From assembly GCA_038087875.1 (NCBI GenBank), contig JAXLNO010000073.1:62001-126000 (forward strand): a DNA stretch of 64,000 bases. Direction: 5' to 3'. The translations under genes were made by a program, and so were the position numbers. Source of the DNA: Malacoraja senta (taxonomy: Eukaryota). This document shows, piece by piece, positions 50,975 through 64,000 of this stretch. Every line of letters begins with the position of its first letter. Position 1 is the stretch's first letter. Below the pieces are notes generated by a model. The model was not told the DNA's origin, made no database searches, and saw only the letters and a list, made by a program, of their open reading frames with translations.

Positions 50975-53900
50975 GTCACAGAGTCACAGGGTCACAGAGA
51001 CACAGTCATAGTTACAGAGTCACAGTCACAGTCACAGTCACAGAGTCACAGTCATAGAGTCACAGATTCACTGTCAGAGAATCACAGAGTCACAGAGACA
51101 CAGTCACAGTCACAGTCACAGTGTCACAGGGTCACAGAGTCACAGCTACACAGAGTCACTTAGTCACAGTCACAGATTAACATAGTCACATAGTCACAGT
51201 CATAGTCACAGAGTCACAGAGTCACAGTCACAGTCACAGAGTCACAGAGTCACAGTCATAGTCACAGAGTCACAGTCAGTCACAGAGACACGAAGACACA
51301 GTCATAGTCACGGAGTCACAGTCACAGAGACAGTCGCAGTCACAGAGACACAGTCATAGTCACAGTCACAGTCACAGAGTCACAGAGTCACAGTCACAGA
51401 GACACAGTCACAGAGTCACAGTGTCACAGAATCACAGGGTCATAGAGACAGTCACGGAGACACAGTCACAGTCACAGAGTCACAGTGTCACAGAGTCACA
51501 GCGTCACAGTCACAGAGACAGTCACAGTCACAGGGTCACAGTCACACAGTCACACAGTCACAGTGTCACAGAGTCACAGTCATAGAGTCACAGTCACAGT
51601 CACAGTCACAGTGTCACAGAGTCACAGGGACACAGAGTCACAGAGACACAGTTAAAGAGTCACAGTGACAAAGTCACAGTCACAGAGTCAGAGAGTAAAC
51701 AGAGACATAGAGACACAGAGTCACTGAGTCACGGTCACAGTCATAGTCACAGAGTCACAGGGTCACAGAGACACAGTCATAGTCACAGAGTCACAGTAAC
51801 AGTCACAGTCACAGAGTCACAGTCATAGAGTCACAGTCACAGTCACAGTCACAGAGTCACAGAGACACAGTCACAGTCACAGGGTCACAGGGCCACAGGG
51901 TCACAGTGTCACAGAGTCACAGTCACAGAGACACAGAGTCACTGAGTAACAGTCACAGCTATAGTCACAGAGTCACAGGGTCACTGAGACAGAGAGACAC
52001 AGAGACACAGAGACACAGAGTCACAGAGTCATAGCCACAGAGTCACAGAGACAGTCACAGAGTCACAGAGACACTGTCATAGAGTCACAGTCACAGAGTC
52101 ACAGTCACAGAGTCACAGTCATAGAGTCACAGTCACAGAGTCACAGATACACAGTCACAGTCACACTCATAGAGTCACAGTCACATAGTCACAGTACACA
52201 GTCACAGAGTCACAGAGTCACAGTCACAGTCACAGAGTCACAGTCACAGAGTCACAGGGACACAGAATCACAGAGTCATAGAGACACAGATTCACAGAAT
52301 CACAGAGTCACAGAGACACAGTCACAGGGTCACAGAGACACAGAGACACAGTCACAGTCACAGGGACACAGAATTACAGAGTCACAGAGACACAGATTCA
52401 CAGAGACACAGAGTCACAGAGATCAGTCACTGGGTCACAGAGTCACAGAGACCAAGTCACAGGGTCACAGAGTCACAGGGACACAGAGTTACTGTGTCAC
52501 AGTCACAGAGTAACAGAGTCACATAGTCACAGTCATAGTCACAGAGTCACAGAGTCACAGTCACAGTCACAGAGTCACAGAGTCACAGTCATAGAGTCAC
52601 AGAGTCACAGAGTCAGTCACAGAGACACGAAGACACAGTCATAGAGTCACGGAGTCACAGTCACAGACACAGTCGCAGTCACAGAGACACAGTCACAGAG
52701 TCACATTCACCGATTCACAGTCACAGTCACAGAGACAGAGACACAATCACACAGTCATAGTGTCACAGAGTCATAGCGTCACAGAGTCACAGAGACAGTC
52801 ACAGTCACAGGGTCACAGTCACACAGTGACACAGTCACACAAACACAGAGTTACAGAGTCACAGTCACAGAGTCACAGAGTCACAGTGTCACAGAATCAC
52901 AGTTATAGAGTCACAGTCACAGTGTCACAGAGTCACAGGGACACAGAGTCACAGAGACACAGTTACAGAGTCACAGTGACACAGTCACAGTCACAGAGTC
53001 ACAGAGTCCCAGCGACATAGAGACACAGAGGCACTGAGTCACGGTCACAGTCATAGTCACAGAGTCACAGGGTTACAGAGACACAGTCATAGTCACAGAG
53101 ACAGTCACCGTCACAGTCACAGAGTCACAGTCATAGAGTCACAGAGTCACAGTCACAGTCCCGGTCACAGAGACACAGTCACAGAGTCACAGAGACACAG
53201 TCATAGAGTCACAGAGTCACAGTCACAGAGTCACTGTCACAGTCATAGTCACAGAGTCACGGTCACAGAGACACAGTCACAGAGTCACAGAGTCACAGTC
53301 ACAGAGTCACTGTCACAGTCATAGTCACAGAGTCACAGATTCCCAGAGTCACAGAGACACAGTCATAGAGTCACAGAGACACAGTCACAGTCACAGTCAC
53401 AGTGTCACAGGGTCACAGAGTCACAGCTACACAGAGTCACTTAGTCACAGTCACAGATTAACATAGTCACATAGTCACAGTCATAGTCACAGAGTCACAG
53501 AGTCACAGTCACAGTCACAGAGTCACAGTCACAGTCATAGTCACAGAGTCACAGTCAGTCACAGAGACACGAAGACACAGTCATAGTCACGGAGTCACAG
53601 TCACAGAGACAGTCGCAGTCACAGAGACACAGTCATAGTCACAGTCACAGTCACAGAGTCACAGAGTCACAGTCACAGAGACACAGTCACAGAGTCACAG
53701 TGTCACAGAGTCACAGGGTCATAGATACAGTCACGGAGACACAGTCACAGTCACAGAGTCACAGTGTCACATAGCCACAGCGTCACAGTCACAGAGACAG
53801 TCACAGTCACAGGGTCACAGTCACACAGTCACACAGTCACAGTGTCACAGAGTCACAGTCATAGAGTCACAGTCACAGTCACAGTCACAGTGTCACAGAG

Positions 53901-56766
53901 TCACAGGGACACAGAGTCACAGAGACACAGTTAAAGAGACACATTGACAAAGTCACAGTCACAGAGTCAGAGAGTAACAGAGACATAGAGACACAGAGTC
54001 ACTGAGTCACGGTCACAGTCATAGTCACAGAGTCACAGGGTCACAGAGACAGTCATAGTCACAGAGTCACAGTAACAGTCACAGTCACAGAGTCACCGTC
54101 ATAGAGTCACAGTCACAGTCACAGTCACAGAGTCACAGAGACACAGTCACAGTCACAGGGTCACAGGGCCACAGGGTCACAGTGTCACAGAGTCACAGTC
54201 ACAGAGACACAGAGTCACTGAGTCACAGTCACAGCTATAGTCACAGAGTCACAGGGTCACTGAGACAGAGAGACACAGAGACACAGAGACACAGAGTCAC
54301 AGAGTCATAGCCACAGAGTCACAGAGACAGTGACAGAGTCACAGAGACACTGTCATAGAGTCACAGTCACAGAGTCACAGTCACAGAGTCACAGTCATAG
54401 AGTCACAGTCACAGAGTCACAGATACACAGTCACAGTCACACTCATAGAGTCACAGTCACATAGTCACAGTACACAGTCACAGAGTCACAGAGTCACAGT
54501 CACAGTCACAGAGTCACAGTCACAGAGTCACAGGGACACAGAATCACAGAGTCATAGAGACACAGATTCACAGAATCACAGAGTCACAGAGACACAGTCA
54601 CAGGGTCACAGAGACACAGAGACACAGTCACAGTCACAGGGACACAGAATTACAGAGTCACAGAGACACAGATTCACAGAGACACAGAGTCACAGAGATC
54701 AGTCACTGGGTCACAGAGTCACAGAGACCCAGTCACAGAGTCACAGTCATAGAGTCACAGTCACAGTCACAGTCACAGAGTCACAGAGACACAGTCACAG
54801 TCACAGGGTCACAGGGCCACAGGGTCACAGTGTCACAGAGTCACAGTCACAGAGACACAGAGTCACTGAGTCACAGTCACAGCTATAGTCACAGAGTCAC
54901 ATGGTCACTGAGACAGAGAGACACAGAGACACAGAGACACAGAGTCACAGAGTCATAGCCACAGAGTCACAGAGACAGTGACAGAGTCACAGAGACACTG
55001 TCATAGAGTCACAGTCACAGAGTCACTGTCACAGAGTCACAGTCATAGAGTCACAGTCACAGAGTCACAGATACACAGTCACAGTCACACTCATAGAGTC
55101 ACAGTCACATAGTCACAGTACACAGTCACAGAGTCACAGAGTCACAGTCACAGTCACAGAGTCACAGTCACAGAGTCACAGGGACACAGAATCACAGTCA
55201 TAGAGACACAGATTCACAGAATCACAGAGTCACAGAGACACAGTCACAGGGTCACAGAGACACAGAGACACAGTCACAGTCACAGGGACACAGAATTACA
55301 GAGTCACAGAGACACAGATTCACAGAGACACAGAGTCACAGAGATCAGTCACTGGGTCACAGAGTCACAGAGACCCAGTCACAGGGTCACAGAGTCACAG
55401 GGACACAGAGTTACTGTGTCACAGTCACAGAGTAACAGAGTCACATAGTCACAGTCATAGTCACAGAGTCGCAGAGTCACAGTCACAGTCACAGAGTCAC
55501 AGAGTCACAGTCATAGAGTCACAGAGTCACAGAGTCAGTCACAGAGACACGAAGACACAATCATAGAGTCACGGAGTCACAGTCACAGACACAGTCGCAG
55601 TCACAGAGACACAGTCATAGTCACAGTCACAGTCACAGAGTCACAGAGTCATAGTCACAGAGACACAGTCACAGAGTCACAGAGTCACAGTGTCACAGAG
55701 CCACAGGGTCATAGAGACAGTCACAGAGTCACAGTCACAGTCACACAGTAACAGAGTCACACAGTCACAGAGTTACAGTCACAGTCACAGCCACAGTGTC
55801 ACAGAGTCACAGTCACAGAGTCACAGAGTCACAGGCACAGAGGGACAGTCACAGAGTCGCAGAGTCACAGAGTCACAGTCACAGAGACACAGTCACAGAG
55901 TCACATTCACCGATTCACAGTCACAGTCACAGAGACAGAGACACAGTCACACAGTCATAGTGTCACAGAGTCATAGCGTCACAGAGTCACAGAGACAGTC
56001 ACAGTCACAGGGTCACAGTCACACAGTCACACAGTCACACAAACACAGAGTTACAGAGTCACAGTCACAGAGTCACAGTGTCACAGAATCACAGTTATAG
56101 AGTCACAGTCACAGTGTCACAGAGTCACAGGGACACAGAGTCACAGAGACACAGTTACAGAGTCACAGTGACACAGTCACAGTCACAGAGTCACAGAGTC
56201 ACAGCGACATAGAGACACAGAGGCACTGAGTCACGGTCACAGTCATGGTCACAGAGTCACAGGGTTACAGAGACACAGTCATAGTCACAGAGACAGTCAC
56301 CGTCACAGTCACAGAGTCACAGTCATAGAGTCACAGAGTCACAGTCACAGTCCCGGTCACAGAGACACAGTCACAGAGTCACAGAGACACAGTCATAGAG
56401 TCACAGAGTCACAGTCACAGAGTCACTGTCACAGTCATAGTCACAGAGTCACGGTCACAGAGACACAGTCACAGAGTCACAGAGTCACAGTCACAGAGTC
56501 ACTGTCACAGTCATAGTCACAGAGTCACAGATTCCCAGAGTCACAGAGACACAGTCATAGAGTCACAGAGACACAGTCACAGTCACAGTCACAGAGTCAC
56601 AGAGACACAGTCACAGTCACAGAGACACAGTCATAGTCACAGAGTCACAGTGTCTCCGAGTCACAGAATCACAGAGACAGTCACAGTCACAGAGTCACAG
56701 TCACAGAGTCAAAGAGTCACAGAGTCACAGAGTCACAGTCACAGAGTCACAGAGTCACAGTGTCAT
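50975..56766. repeat. AGTCAC/AGAGTCAC satellite array with higher-order repeats
   Basis: Mixed 6 and 8 bp units; rare variants recur at fixed offsets. Confidence 0.97.
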
Positions 56767-56829
56767 ATGAGGAAAGATTAAAAAGACTAGGGTTGTATTC
56801 AGTGGATTTTAGAAGGATGAGAGAGGATC

Positions 56830-58550
56830 AATCCCAGGGATCAATCTCGTGAACCTACGCTGCACTGCCTCAATCACAAGGTTGTCCTTCCTCAAATTAG
56901 GAGACCAAAACTGTACACAATACTCCAGATGTGGTCTCAACAGAGCCCTATACAACTGCAGAAAACCCTCTTTACTCCTATACTGAAATCTTCTTGTTAT
57001 GAAGGCCAATATTCCATTAGCTTTCTTCACTGCCTGCTGTACCTGTAAGCCAACTTTCAGTGACCGGTGTACAAGGACGCCCAGGTCTCGCTGCACCTCC
57101 CCCTTACCTAACCTAACCCCATTGAGATAATTATCTGCCCCCTTGTTTTTGCCGCCAAAGTGGATAACCTCACATTAATCTATATTATACTGCATCTGCC
57201 ACGCATCTGCCCACTCACTCAACCTGTCCAGGTCACCCTGCAACCTCCTAAGATCCTCTTCACAGTTCACACTGCCACCCTGCTTTGTGTCATCTGCAAA
57301 CTTGCTAGTGTTGGTCCTAATTCCCTCTTCCAAATCATTAATATATATGGTAAACGGTTGCGGCCCCAACACCGAACCTTGTGGCACTCCACTCGCCACT
57401 GCCTACCATTCTGAAAAGGACCCGTTCACTCCTACGCTTTGCTTGCTGTCTGCGAACCAATTTTCTATCCATGTCAACACCCTACCCCCAATACCATGTG
57501 CTCTAATTTTAGTCACCAGTCTCCCGTGCGGGACCTTATCAAAGGCTTTCTGAAATTCTAAATACGCTAAATACCCCTTCATCCATTTTACTTGTCACAT
57601 CCTCAAAAGATTCCAGAAGATTAGTCATGCATGATTTCCCTTTCATAAATCCATGTCGGACGAATCAATTTACTGCTATCCAAATCCTCCATTATTACTT
57701 CTTTAATAATTGACTCCAGCATCTTTCCCACCACCGAAGTCAGGCTAAACTGGTCTGTAATTCCCCGTTTTCTCTCTTGCCCCTTTCTTGAAAAGTGGGA
57801 TAACATTAGCTATACTCCAATCCACAGGAACTGATCCTGAATCTATTGAACATTGGAAATTGATCACCAATGCGTCCACTATTTCTAGAGCCATCTTCCT
57901 GAGTGAGGACCCTGGGATGCAGACCATCAGGCCCAGGGAATTTATCATCCTTCAGTCCCATTAGCCTACCCAATACTATTTCTCGCCTAATGAAAATTTA
58001 TTTCAGTTCCTCTACCCCCTTAGATCCTCTGTCCTCCAGTACATCAGGGAGATTGTTTGTGTCTTCCTCAGTGAAGACAGATCCGAAGTACCTATTCAAC
58101 TATTCTGCCATTTCCCTGTTGCCCATAATAATTTCACTTAAGGGACCTACATTTGACTTTGCTACTCTTTTTCCCTTAACATATCTAAAGAAGCGTTTAC
58201 TGTCCTTCTTTGTATTCCTGGCCAGCTTCCCTTTTCAGCCCGTATTACCCGTTTTGTTTCATTCTGTTCTCCTATGAAAGTTTCCCAATCCTCTGGCTTC
58301 CGGCTACTCTTTGCTGTGTTATACATCTTTTCTTTTAGTTTTATTCTATCCCTAACTTCTCTTGTCAGCCACGATTGCCTCCTACTCCCCTTAGAATATT
58401 TCTTCCTTTTTGGAATGAAATGATCCTGCGTCTTCCGGATTATGCCCAGAAATTAATGCCATTGCTGTTCCACCGTCATTCCTGCTAGGATCCCTTTCCA
58501 GTCTACTTTGGCCAGCTCCCCTCTCATGCCTTCATAGTACCCTCTGTTCA
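56830..58550 (-). mobile_element. CR1 ORF2 fragment (linker and RT) between two satellite blocks
   Basis: 'IANVIPLFKKG', 'SGVPQGSVLGP...YINDL...SKFADDTK', 'LRPHLEYCVQFWSP'; frameshifted. Confidence 0.9.
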
Positions 58551-58551
58551 A

Positions 58552-59190
58552 CAGAGACACAGAGACACTGTCACAGAGTCACAGAGACACAGAGTCACTG
58601 AGTCACAGAGTCACAGAGACACAGAGACACAGAGACACAGAGTCACAGTGTCACAGAGTCACAGAAACTCAGTCACAGAGACACAGATTCACAGAGTCAC
58701 AGAGACACAGAGACACAGAGTCACAGTGTCACAGAGTCACAGAGTCACAGTGTCACAGAGTCACAGAGTCACAGAGTCACTGAGTCATTGTCACAGAGTC
58801 ACAGAGTCACAGAGTCACGGAAACTCAGTCACAGAGACACAGAGACACAGAGTCACAGTGTCACAGAGACACAGAGTCACTGAGTCACAGAGTCACAGAG
58901 ACACAGAGACACAGAGTCACAGTGTCACAGAGTCACAGAAACTCAGTCACAGAGAAACAGAGTCACAGAGCCACAGAGACACAGAGACACAGAGTCACAG
59001 TGTCACAGAGTCACAGAGTCACAGTGCCACAGAGTCACAGAGTCACAGAGTCACAGAGTCATTGTCACAGAGTCACAGAGTCACAGTCACAGAGACACAG
59101 AGACACAGAGTCACAGTGTCACAGAGTAACTGAGACACAGAGTCACAGTGTCACAGAGTCATTGTCACAGAGTCACAGAGTCACAGTCAT
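58552..59190. repeat. Second AGAGTCAC/AGAGACAC satellite block
   Basis: Directly visible; runs into a CR1 3' end at ~59190. Confidence 0.95.
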
Positions 59191-59880
59191 GAAGTTATAG
59201 AGTTATAGAGCACGGAGACAGGCCCTCCGGCCCATGTTGTCCACACCAACCAACATGTCCCATCTACACTAGTCCCACCTGCCTGCTTTTGGTCCATATC
59301 CCTCCAAACCTGTCCTATCCATATACCTGTCTAATTGTTTCTCGAACGTTGCAATCATCCTAGCCTCCTCTACCTCCTCTGGCAGCTTGTTCCATACACA
59401 TACCAACCTCTGTGTGAAAAAGTTACCCCTCAGGTTCCTGATTGTGGCTGATCAGCCATGATCACAATGAATGGCGGTGCTGGCTCGAAGGGCCAAAATA
59501 TCTAGTCCTGCACCTATTGTCTATTGTCTATTGTCTATGAAATCTTTCTCCCTCACCTTAAACCGTTGTTCTCTCTTTCTTCATTCCCCTACTATGCGCA
59601 GAAGACACTGTGGGTCTATCTGATTGTGTAAACCTCTATAATATCACCCCTCATCCTCCTACAATGAAGAATAGATTCCCAGTCTGCGCAACCTCACCCT
59701 ATTGTCCGGGCCCTCGAGTCCTGGTACCATCATGGTAAATCTTCTCTGTGCGCTTTCCACCTTCATAACATCTTTCCTATAACATGGTGCCCAGATCCGA
59801 ACACAATACTCTGAATGTGGCCTCACCAACGTCTTATACAAATGCAACTTGACCTCCCAACTTCTATACTTAATACTGTG
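59190..59880 (-). mobile_element. CR1 3' fragment
   Basis: 'YRSWEVKLHLYKTLVRPHSEYC' and the usual 3' UTR. Confidence 0.8.
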
Positions 59881-60194
59881 ACCAAAGATTTGGGGGAAGT
59901 ATGTTCGCAAGGATGTTGGGGAGATACATAGAGTATTTTTCTCCAGAGTAGAAAATAGGTTTAAGGTGAGAGGGTCAAGATTTAATAGGAACCTGAGCGG
60001 AATTTTTTTCACTCATCAATTGAACTTCACTGGATTCTATCTTGCCCGAAACGTTACTCCATTTATCCTGTATCTGTACACCGTATATGGCTCAATTGTA
60101 ATCATGTATTGTCTTTCCGCTGACTGGATGGCGCTCAAAAAAAAAGCTTTTTACCGTACTTTGGTACACGTAATAATAAACTCAATTAAACTTT

Positions 60195-60810
60195 GGGTGG
60201 CACAGTGGCGCAGCGATAAAGTTGTTTCCTTACAGCGCTAGAGACCCGGGTTCGATCCTGACTACGGGTGCTGTCTGTACGGAGTTTGCATGTATTCCCT
60301 GTGACCGCGTGGGTTTTCTCCGGGTGCTCCGGTTTCCTCCCACATCCTAAGATATACAGGTTTGTACGTTAATTGGCTTCGGTAAAAATTCCCCGTACTA
60401 CTCCGTGTATGAGAATCGCTGGTCGGCGTAAACTTGGTGAGTCAAAGCGCCTGTTTCCGCATTGTAGTTGAGTTTAATTTAGAGAAACTGCGCGGAAACA
60501 GGCTCTTCGGCCCACCGAGTCCGAGCCCTCCAGCGATCCCCACACACTAACACTGCCCTACACACACTGGGGACAATTTACAATTATACCAAGCCAATTA
60601 ACCTACAAACCTGTACGTCTTTGTAGTGGGAAAGGAGAGCGGAGCACCCGGAGAAAACGCACACAGTTCACGGGGCGAACGTACAAACTCTGTACAGACA
60701 GCACCGGTGGTCGGGACGGAGCCCGGTTCTCTGGCGCTGTGAGGCAGCAGCTCTACCCGCTGCGCCACCGTCCCACACTTTAAAACCTAAACTAAACTAT
60801 ACTAAACTAA
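60195..60810. mobile_element. Two V-SINEs: a minus copy (~60465-60770) nested in the tail of a plus copy
   Basis: Plus SINE body 60195-60463, inverted SINE, then the (ctaaa)n tail at 60781-60810. Confidence 0.85.
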
Positions 60811-61199
60811 ATTTGGCTTGAGTGTATTGACGTCCAGTATTATTTGATCTGAATGGATAGCATGTAAAGCAAAGTTTTTCATTGTACCTCGGTGCACATG
60901 ACCATAATAAACCTACACCTAAATGATGTGCGTTTCCCAGTAGAATCTGGCCCATGCCTGTGCGATGGGATGGGATGAGAGTGAATGTGCAGGAAGGAAC
61001 TGCAGATGCTGGGTTGCACCAATGATAAACACAAAATGCCGGAGAAACTCAGTGGGACAGGTAGCATCTCTGGAGGGAAGGAATGGGTGGCGTTTCGGGT
61101 CGAGCCCCTTCTTCAGACTGACAGTCAAGTGAGAGGGGGACTTAGTGATATGGTTGGGTAAGGTGTGAAAACACAGGTGAAAGGGGACCGTGATCACCT

Positions 61200-61670
61200 G
61201 GGCTATAGGGAGAGGTTAACGGAACTACAGGGAGAGGTTGAATAGGCTGGGACTATTCCTTGGAGTGCAGGAGGATGAGGGGTGATCTTATAGAGGTGTA
61301 TAGAATCATGAGAGAAATAGATCGGGTAGATGCACAGAGTCTCTTGCCCAGAGTAGGGCAATTAAGGACCAGAGGACAAAGATTCAAGGTGAAGGGGAAA
61401 AGATTTACTAAGAATCTGAGGGGCACCTTTTTCACACAGAGGGCGGAGGGTGTATGGAACAAGCTGCCGGAGGAGATAGGTGAGGCTGCGACTATCCCAA
61501 CGTTTAAAAAAACAATTAAACAGGTACATGGATATGACAGGTTTGGAGGGATATGAGCCAAATGAGGGCTGGTGAGGCTAGTGTAGCTGGGACATGTTGG
61601 CCGGTGTGGGCAAGTTGGGCCAAAGGGCCTGTTTCCACGCTGTATCTCTCTAGGATTCTATGAATCTATG
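61200..61670 (+). mobile_element. CR1 3' fragment
   Basis: 'ECRRMRGDLIEVYRIMR...FFTQR...WNKLPEE'. Confidence 0.85.
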
Positions 61671-61744
61671 AAAATCTAGAATGGCTCACTGTTAGCTGAG
61701 GGCAATGTTGCAATAATGCATACAATTAGTTAAAAACAACAACT

Positions 61745-62360
61745 TGCACCTCCTCCAACCTCATCTACTGTATCTGTTATTCAAGGTGTGGACTCTTATA
61801 CATCGGCGAGACCAAGCGCAGACTCGGCGATCGTTTCACTGAACACCTTCGCTCAGTCCTCCTGGACCTACCTGATCTCCCGGTTGCAAAACACTTTAAC
61901 TCCCCCTCCCAGTCCCACACTGACCTTTCTGTCCTGTGCCTCCTCCATTGTCAGAGTGAGGCCCAGCGGAAATTGGAGGAACACCATCTCATATTTCGCT
62001 TGGGCGGCTTACTCCCCAGCGGTGTGAACATTGACTTCTCTAACTTCAAGTAACCCCGGCATTCCCCCTCTCTCCACCCAAGTCGCACCAGTTTCAAAGT
62101 CGTCTTGTTGAGACTCATTGTCTGTAACTCGTTTTCACCCAACAAACAGATAACAATGGCCTGTTTCCTTTCTCACTGTTACTTTTTTGCATGTCTTTCA
62201 TTCATTTATTCTCTCTCTACGTCACCATCTTGTTCTATATCTCTCGCTTCCCTCTCCACTGACTATCAGTCTGAAGAAAGGTCACGACCCGAAACGTCAC
62301 CAGTTCCTTTTCTCCAGAGAGGCTGCCTGTGCCACTGAGTTACTCCAGCTTTTACTGTCT
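61745..62360 (+). mobile_element. Penelope-like GIY-YIG endonuclease remnant and terminal repeat
   Basis: 'SNLIYCICYSRCGLLYIGETKRRLGDRFTEH' and 'RKLEEHHLIFRLG'. Confidence 0.85.
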
Positions 62361-62414
62361 TTAACAGAGACTGTGTTTGATGTGACGTGGTTAACGTATG
62401 CTCACATTCGCTAG

Positions 62415-63721
62415 GTATAGGAGTAGAATTAGGCCATTCGGCCCATCGAGTCTACTCATCCATTCAATCGTGGCTGATCTCTACCTCCTAAACTCATTTT
62501 CCTGCCTTCTCCCCACAACCCTTGCCACCCATTCTAATCAAGAATTTGTTTATCACTGCCCGAAAAGTATCCACTGACTTGGCCTCCACAGCCCTCTGTG
62601 GCAATGAGATCCACAGATTAATAGACAATAGACAATAGTTGCAGGAGAAGACCATTCGGCCCGTTGAGCCAGCACCACCATTCAATGTGATCATGGCTGA
62701 TAATCCCCAATTAGTACCCCGTTCCTGCCTTCTCCCCATATCCCCTGACTCCACTATTTTAAGAGCCCTTTCTAGCTCTCTCTTTGAAGCATCCAGAGAA
62801 CCTGCCTCCATCGCCCTCTGAGGCAGAGAATTCCATAGACCCACCACTCTCTGTGAGAAAAAGTGTTTCCTCATCTCCGTTCTAAATGGCTTACACAGAA
62901 ACATAGAAACATAGAAAGTAGGTGCAGGAGTAGGCCATTCGGCCCTTCCAGCCTGCACCGCCATTCAATATGATCATGGCTGATCATCCAACTCAGTATC
63001 CTGTACCTTCTTTCTCTCCATACCCCCTGATCCCTTTAGCAACAAGGGCCACATCTAACTCCCTCTTAAATATAGCCAATGAACTGGCCTCAACTACATT
63101 ATGTGGCAGAGAATTCCAGAGATTCACCACTCTCTGTGTAAAAAATGTTTTTCTCATCTCAGTCCTGAAAGATTTCCCCTTTATCCTTAAACTATGACCC
63201 CTTGTTCTAGACTTCCCCAACATCGGGACCAATCTTCCTGCATCTAGCCTGTCCAACCCCTTAAGAATTTTGTAAGTTTCTATAAGATCCCCCCTCAATC
63301 TTCTAAATTCTAACGAGTACAAGCAGAGTCTATCCAGTCTTTCTTCATATGAAAGTCCTGACATCCCAGGAATCAGTCTGGTGAACCTTCTTTGTACTCC
63401 CTCTATGGCAAGAATGTCCTTCCTCAGATTAGGAAACCAAAACTGTACGTAAATATTCCACGTGTGGTCTCACCAAGACCCTGTGCAACTGCAGTAGAAC
63501 CTCCCTGCTCCTATACTCAAATCCTTTTGCTTTGAATGCTAACATACCATTCGCTTTCTTCACTGCCTGTTGCACCCAGGTCTCGTTGCATCTCCCCTTT
63601 TCCCAATTGGACACCATTCAGGTAATAGTCTACTTTCCTGTTTTTGCCACCAAAGTGGATAACCTCACATTTATCCACATTATACTGCATCTGCCATGCA
63701 TTTGCCCACTCACCCACTCAA
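62415..63721 (-). mobile_element. Stacked CR1 3' fragments
   Basis: 'WANAWQMQYNVDKCEVIHFG', 'LYSLEFRRLRGDLIETYK', with three successive 3' UTRs. Confidence 0.88.
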
Positions 63722-64000
63722 CGTAACCTGTTTGTTGGAGGATAAACAACGGGTCGGTATATCCAGAGTAATAATACGCCTCGGTAATCCGAAAGTACAA
63801 TTCATTGACCGTGTACGTGAGCCATAGCAATATGACGGATATACGGAAGACAGAATGATGGACTTCCTCCGGTTTTCCATTTCAGGGTCGGGGGAATTTT
63901 CCGCTCGAGCATTATCTCGCAACGCCTTGCGGAATCTGCTGGCCACGACGATGAACCTTACGGTCAGCGCATTTAGCATCAAAATAATAAACACGGGCAG
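63722..64000 (-). pseudogene. GPR139-like pseudogene E, close paralog of gene B (runs off the window)
   Basis: 'LNALTVRFIVVASRFRKALRDNARAENSPDPEMENRRKSII'. Relative to gene B it has 1 nt and 6 nt deletions (frameshift) and is cut by CR1 after 'LQQTGY'. Confidence 0.88.

Noticed and set aside
52760..59200. Ser/Gln/His/Thr-rich ORFs
   Set aside because: Translations of satellite DNA.
60195..60270. tRNA genes at SINE heads
   Set aside because: They have A/B-box-like motifs but continue into SINE bodies and I could not fold a full cloverleaf.

Overview
Repeat-rich eukaryotic DNA with introns, most likely from a cartilaginous fish such as a skate or ray (inferred from the V-SINE/HE1-like SINEs, CR1/HER1-like LINEs and Penelope fragments). 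The host genes form a cluster of two-exon class A GPCRs of the GPR139/GPR142 type. Two genes look intact (+ strand 13107-15149; - strand 31073-33682), one first exon has no partner in the window (48106-48175), and two copies are broken pseudogenes (37755-40090, 63722-64000). The rest is transposable elements: a full-length decayed DIRS1 retrotransposon with ITRs and ICR (about 17-4824), an intact Gypsy LTR element with one ORF and TSDs (5423-10096), an L1 lacking its RT (about 16714-21126), a TIR element with TSD (21464-22510), a non-autonomous Helitron (40552-42067), a palindromic Harbinger-type MITE (49264-50087), and many nested CR1, Rex1, Penelope and SINE fragments. A ~6 kb AGTCAC-type satellite with higher-order structure appears to derive from a CR1 3' tail. 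All coordinates were read by eye, and the ends of decayed repeats are approximate.
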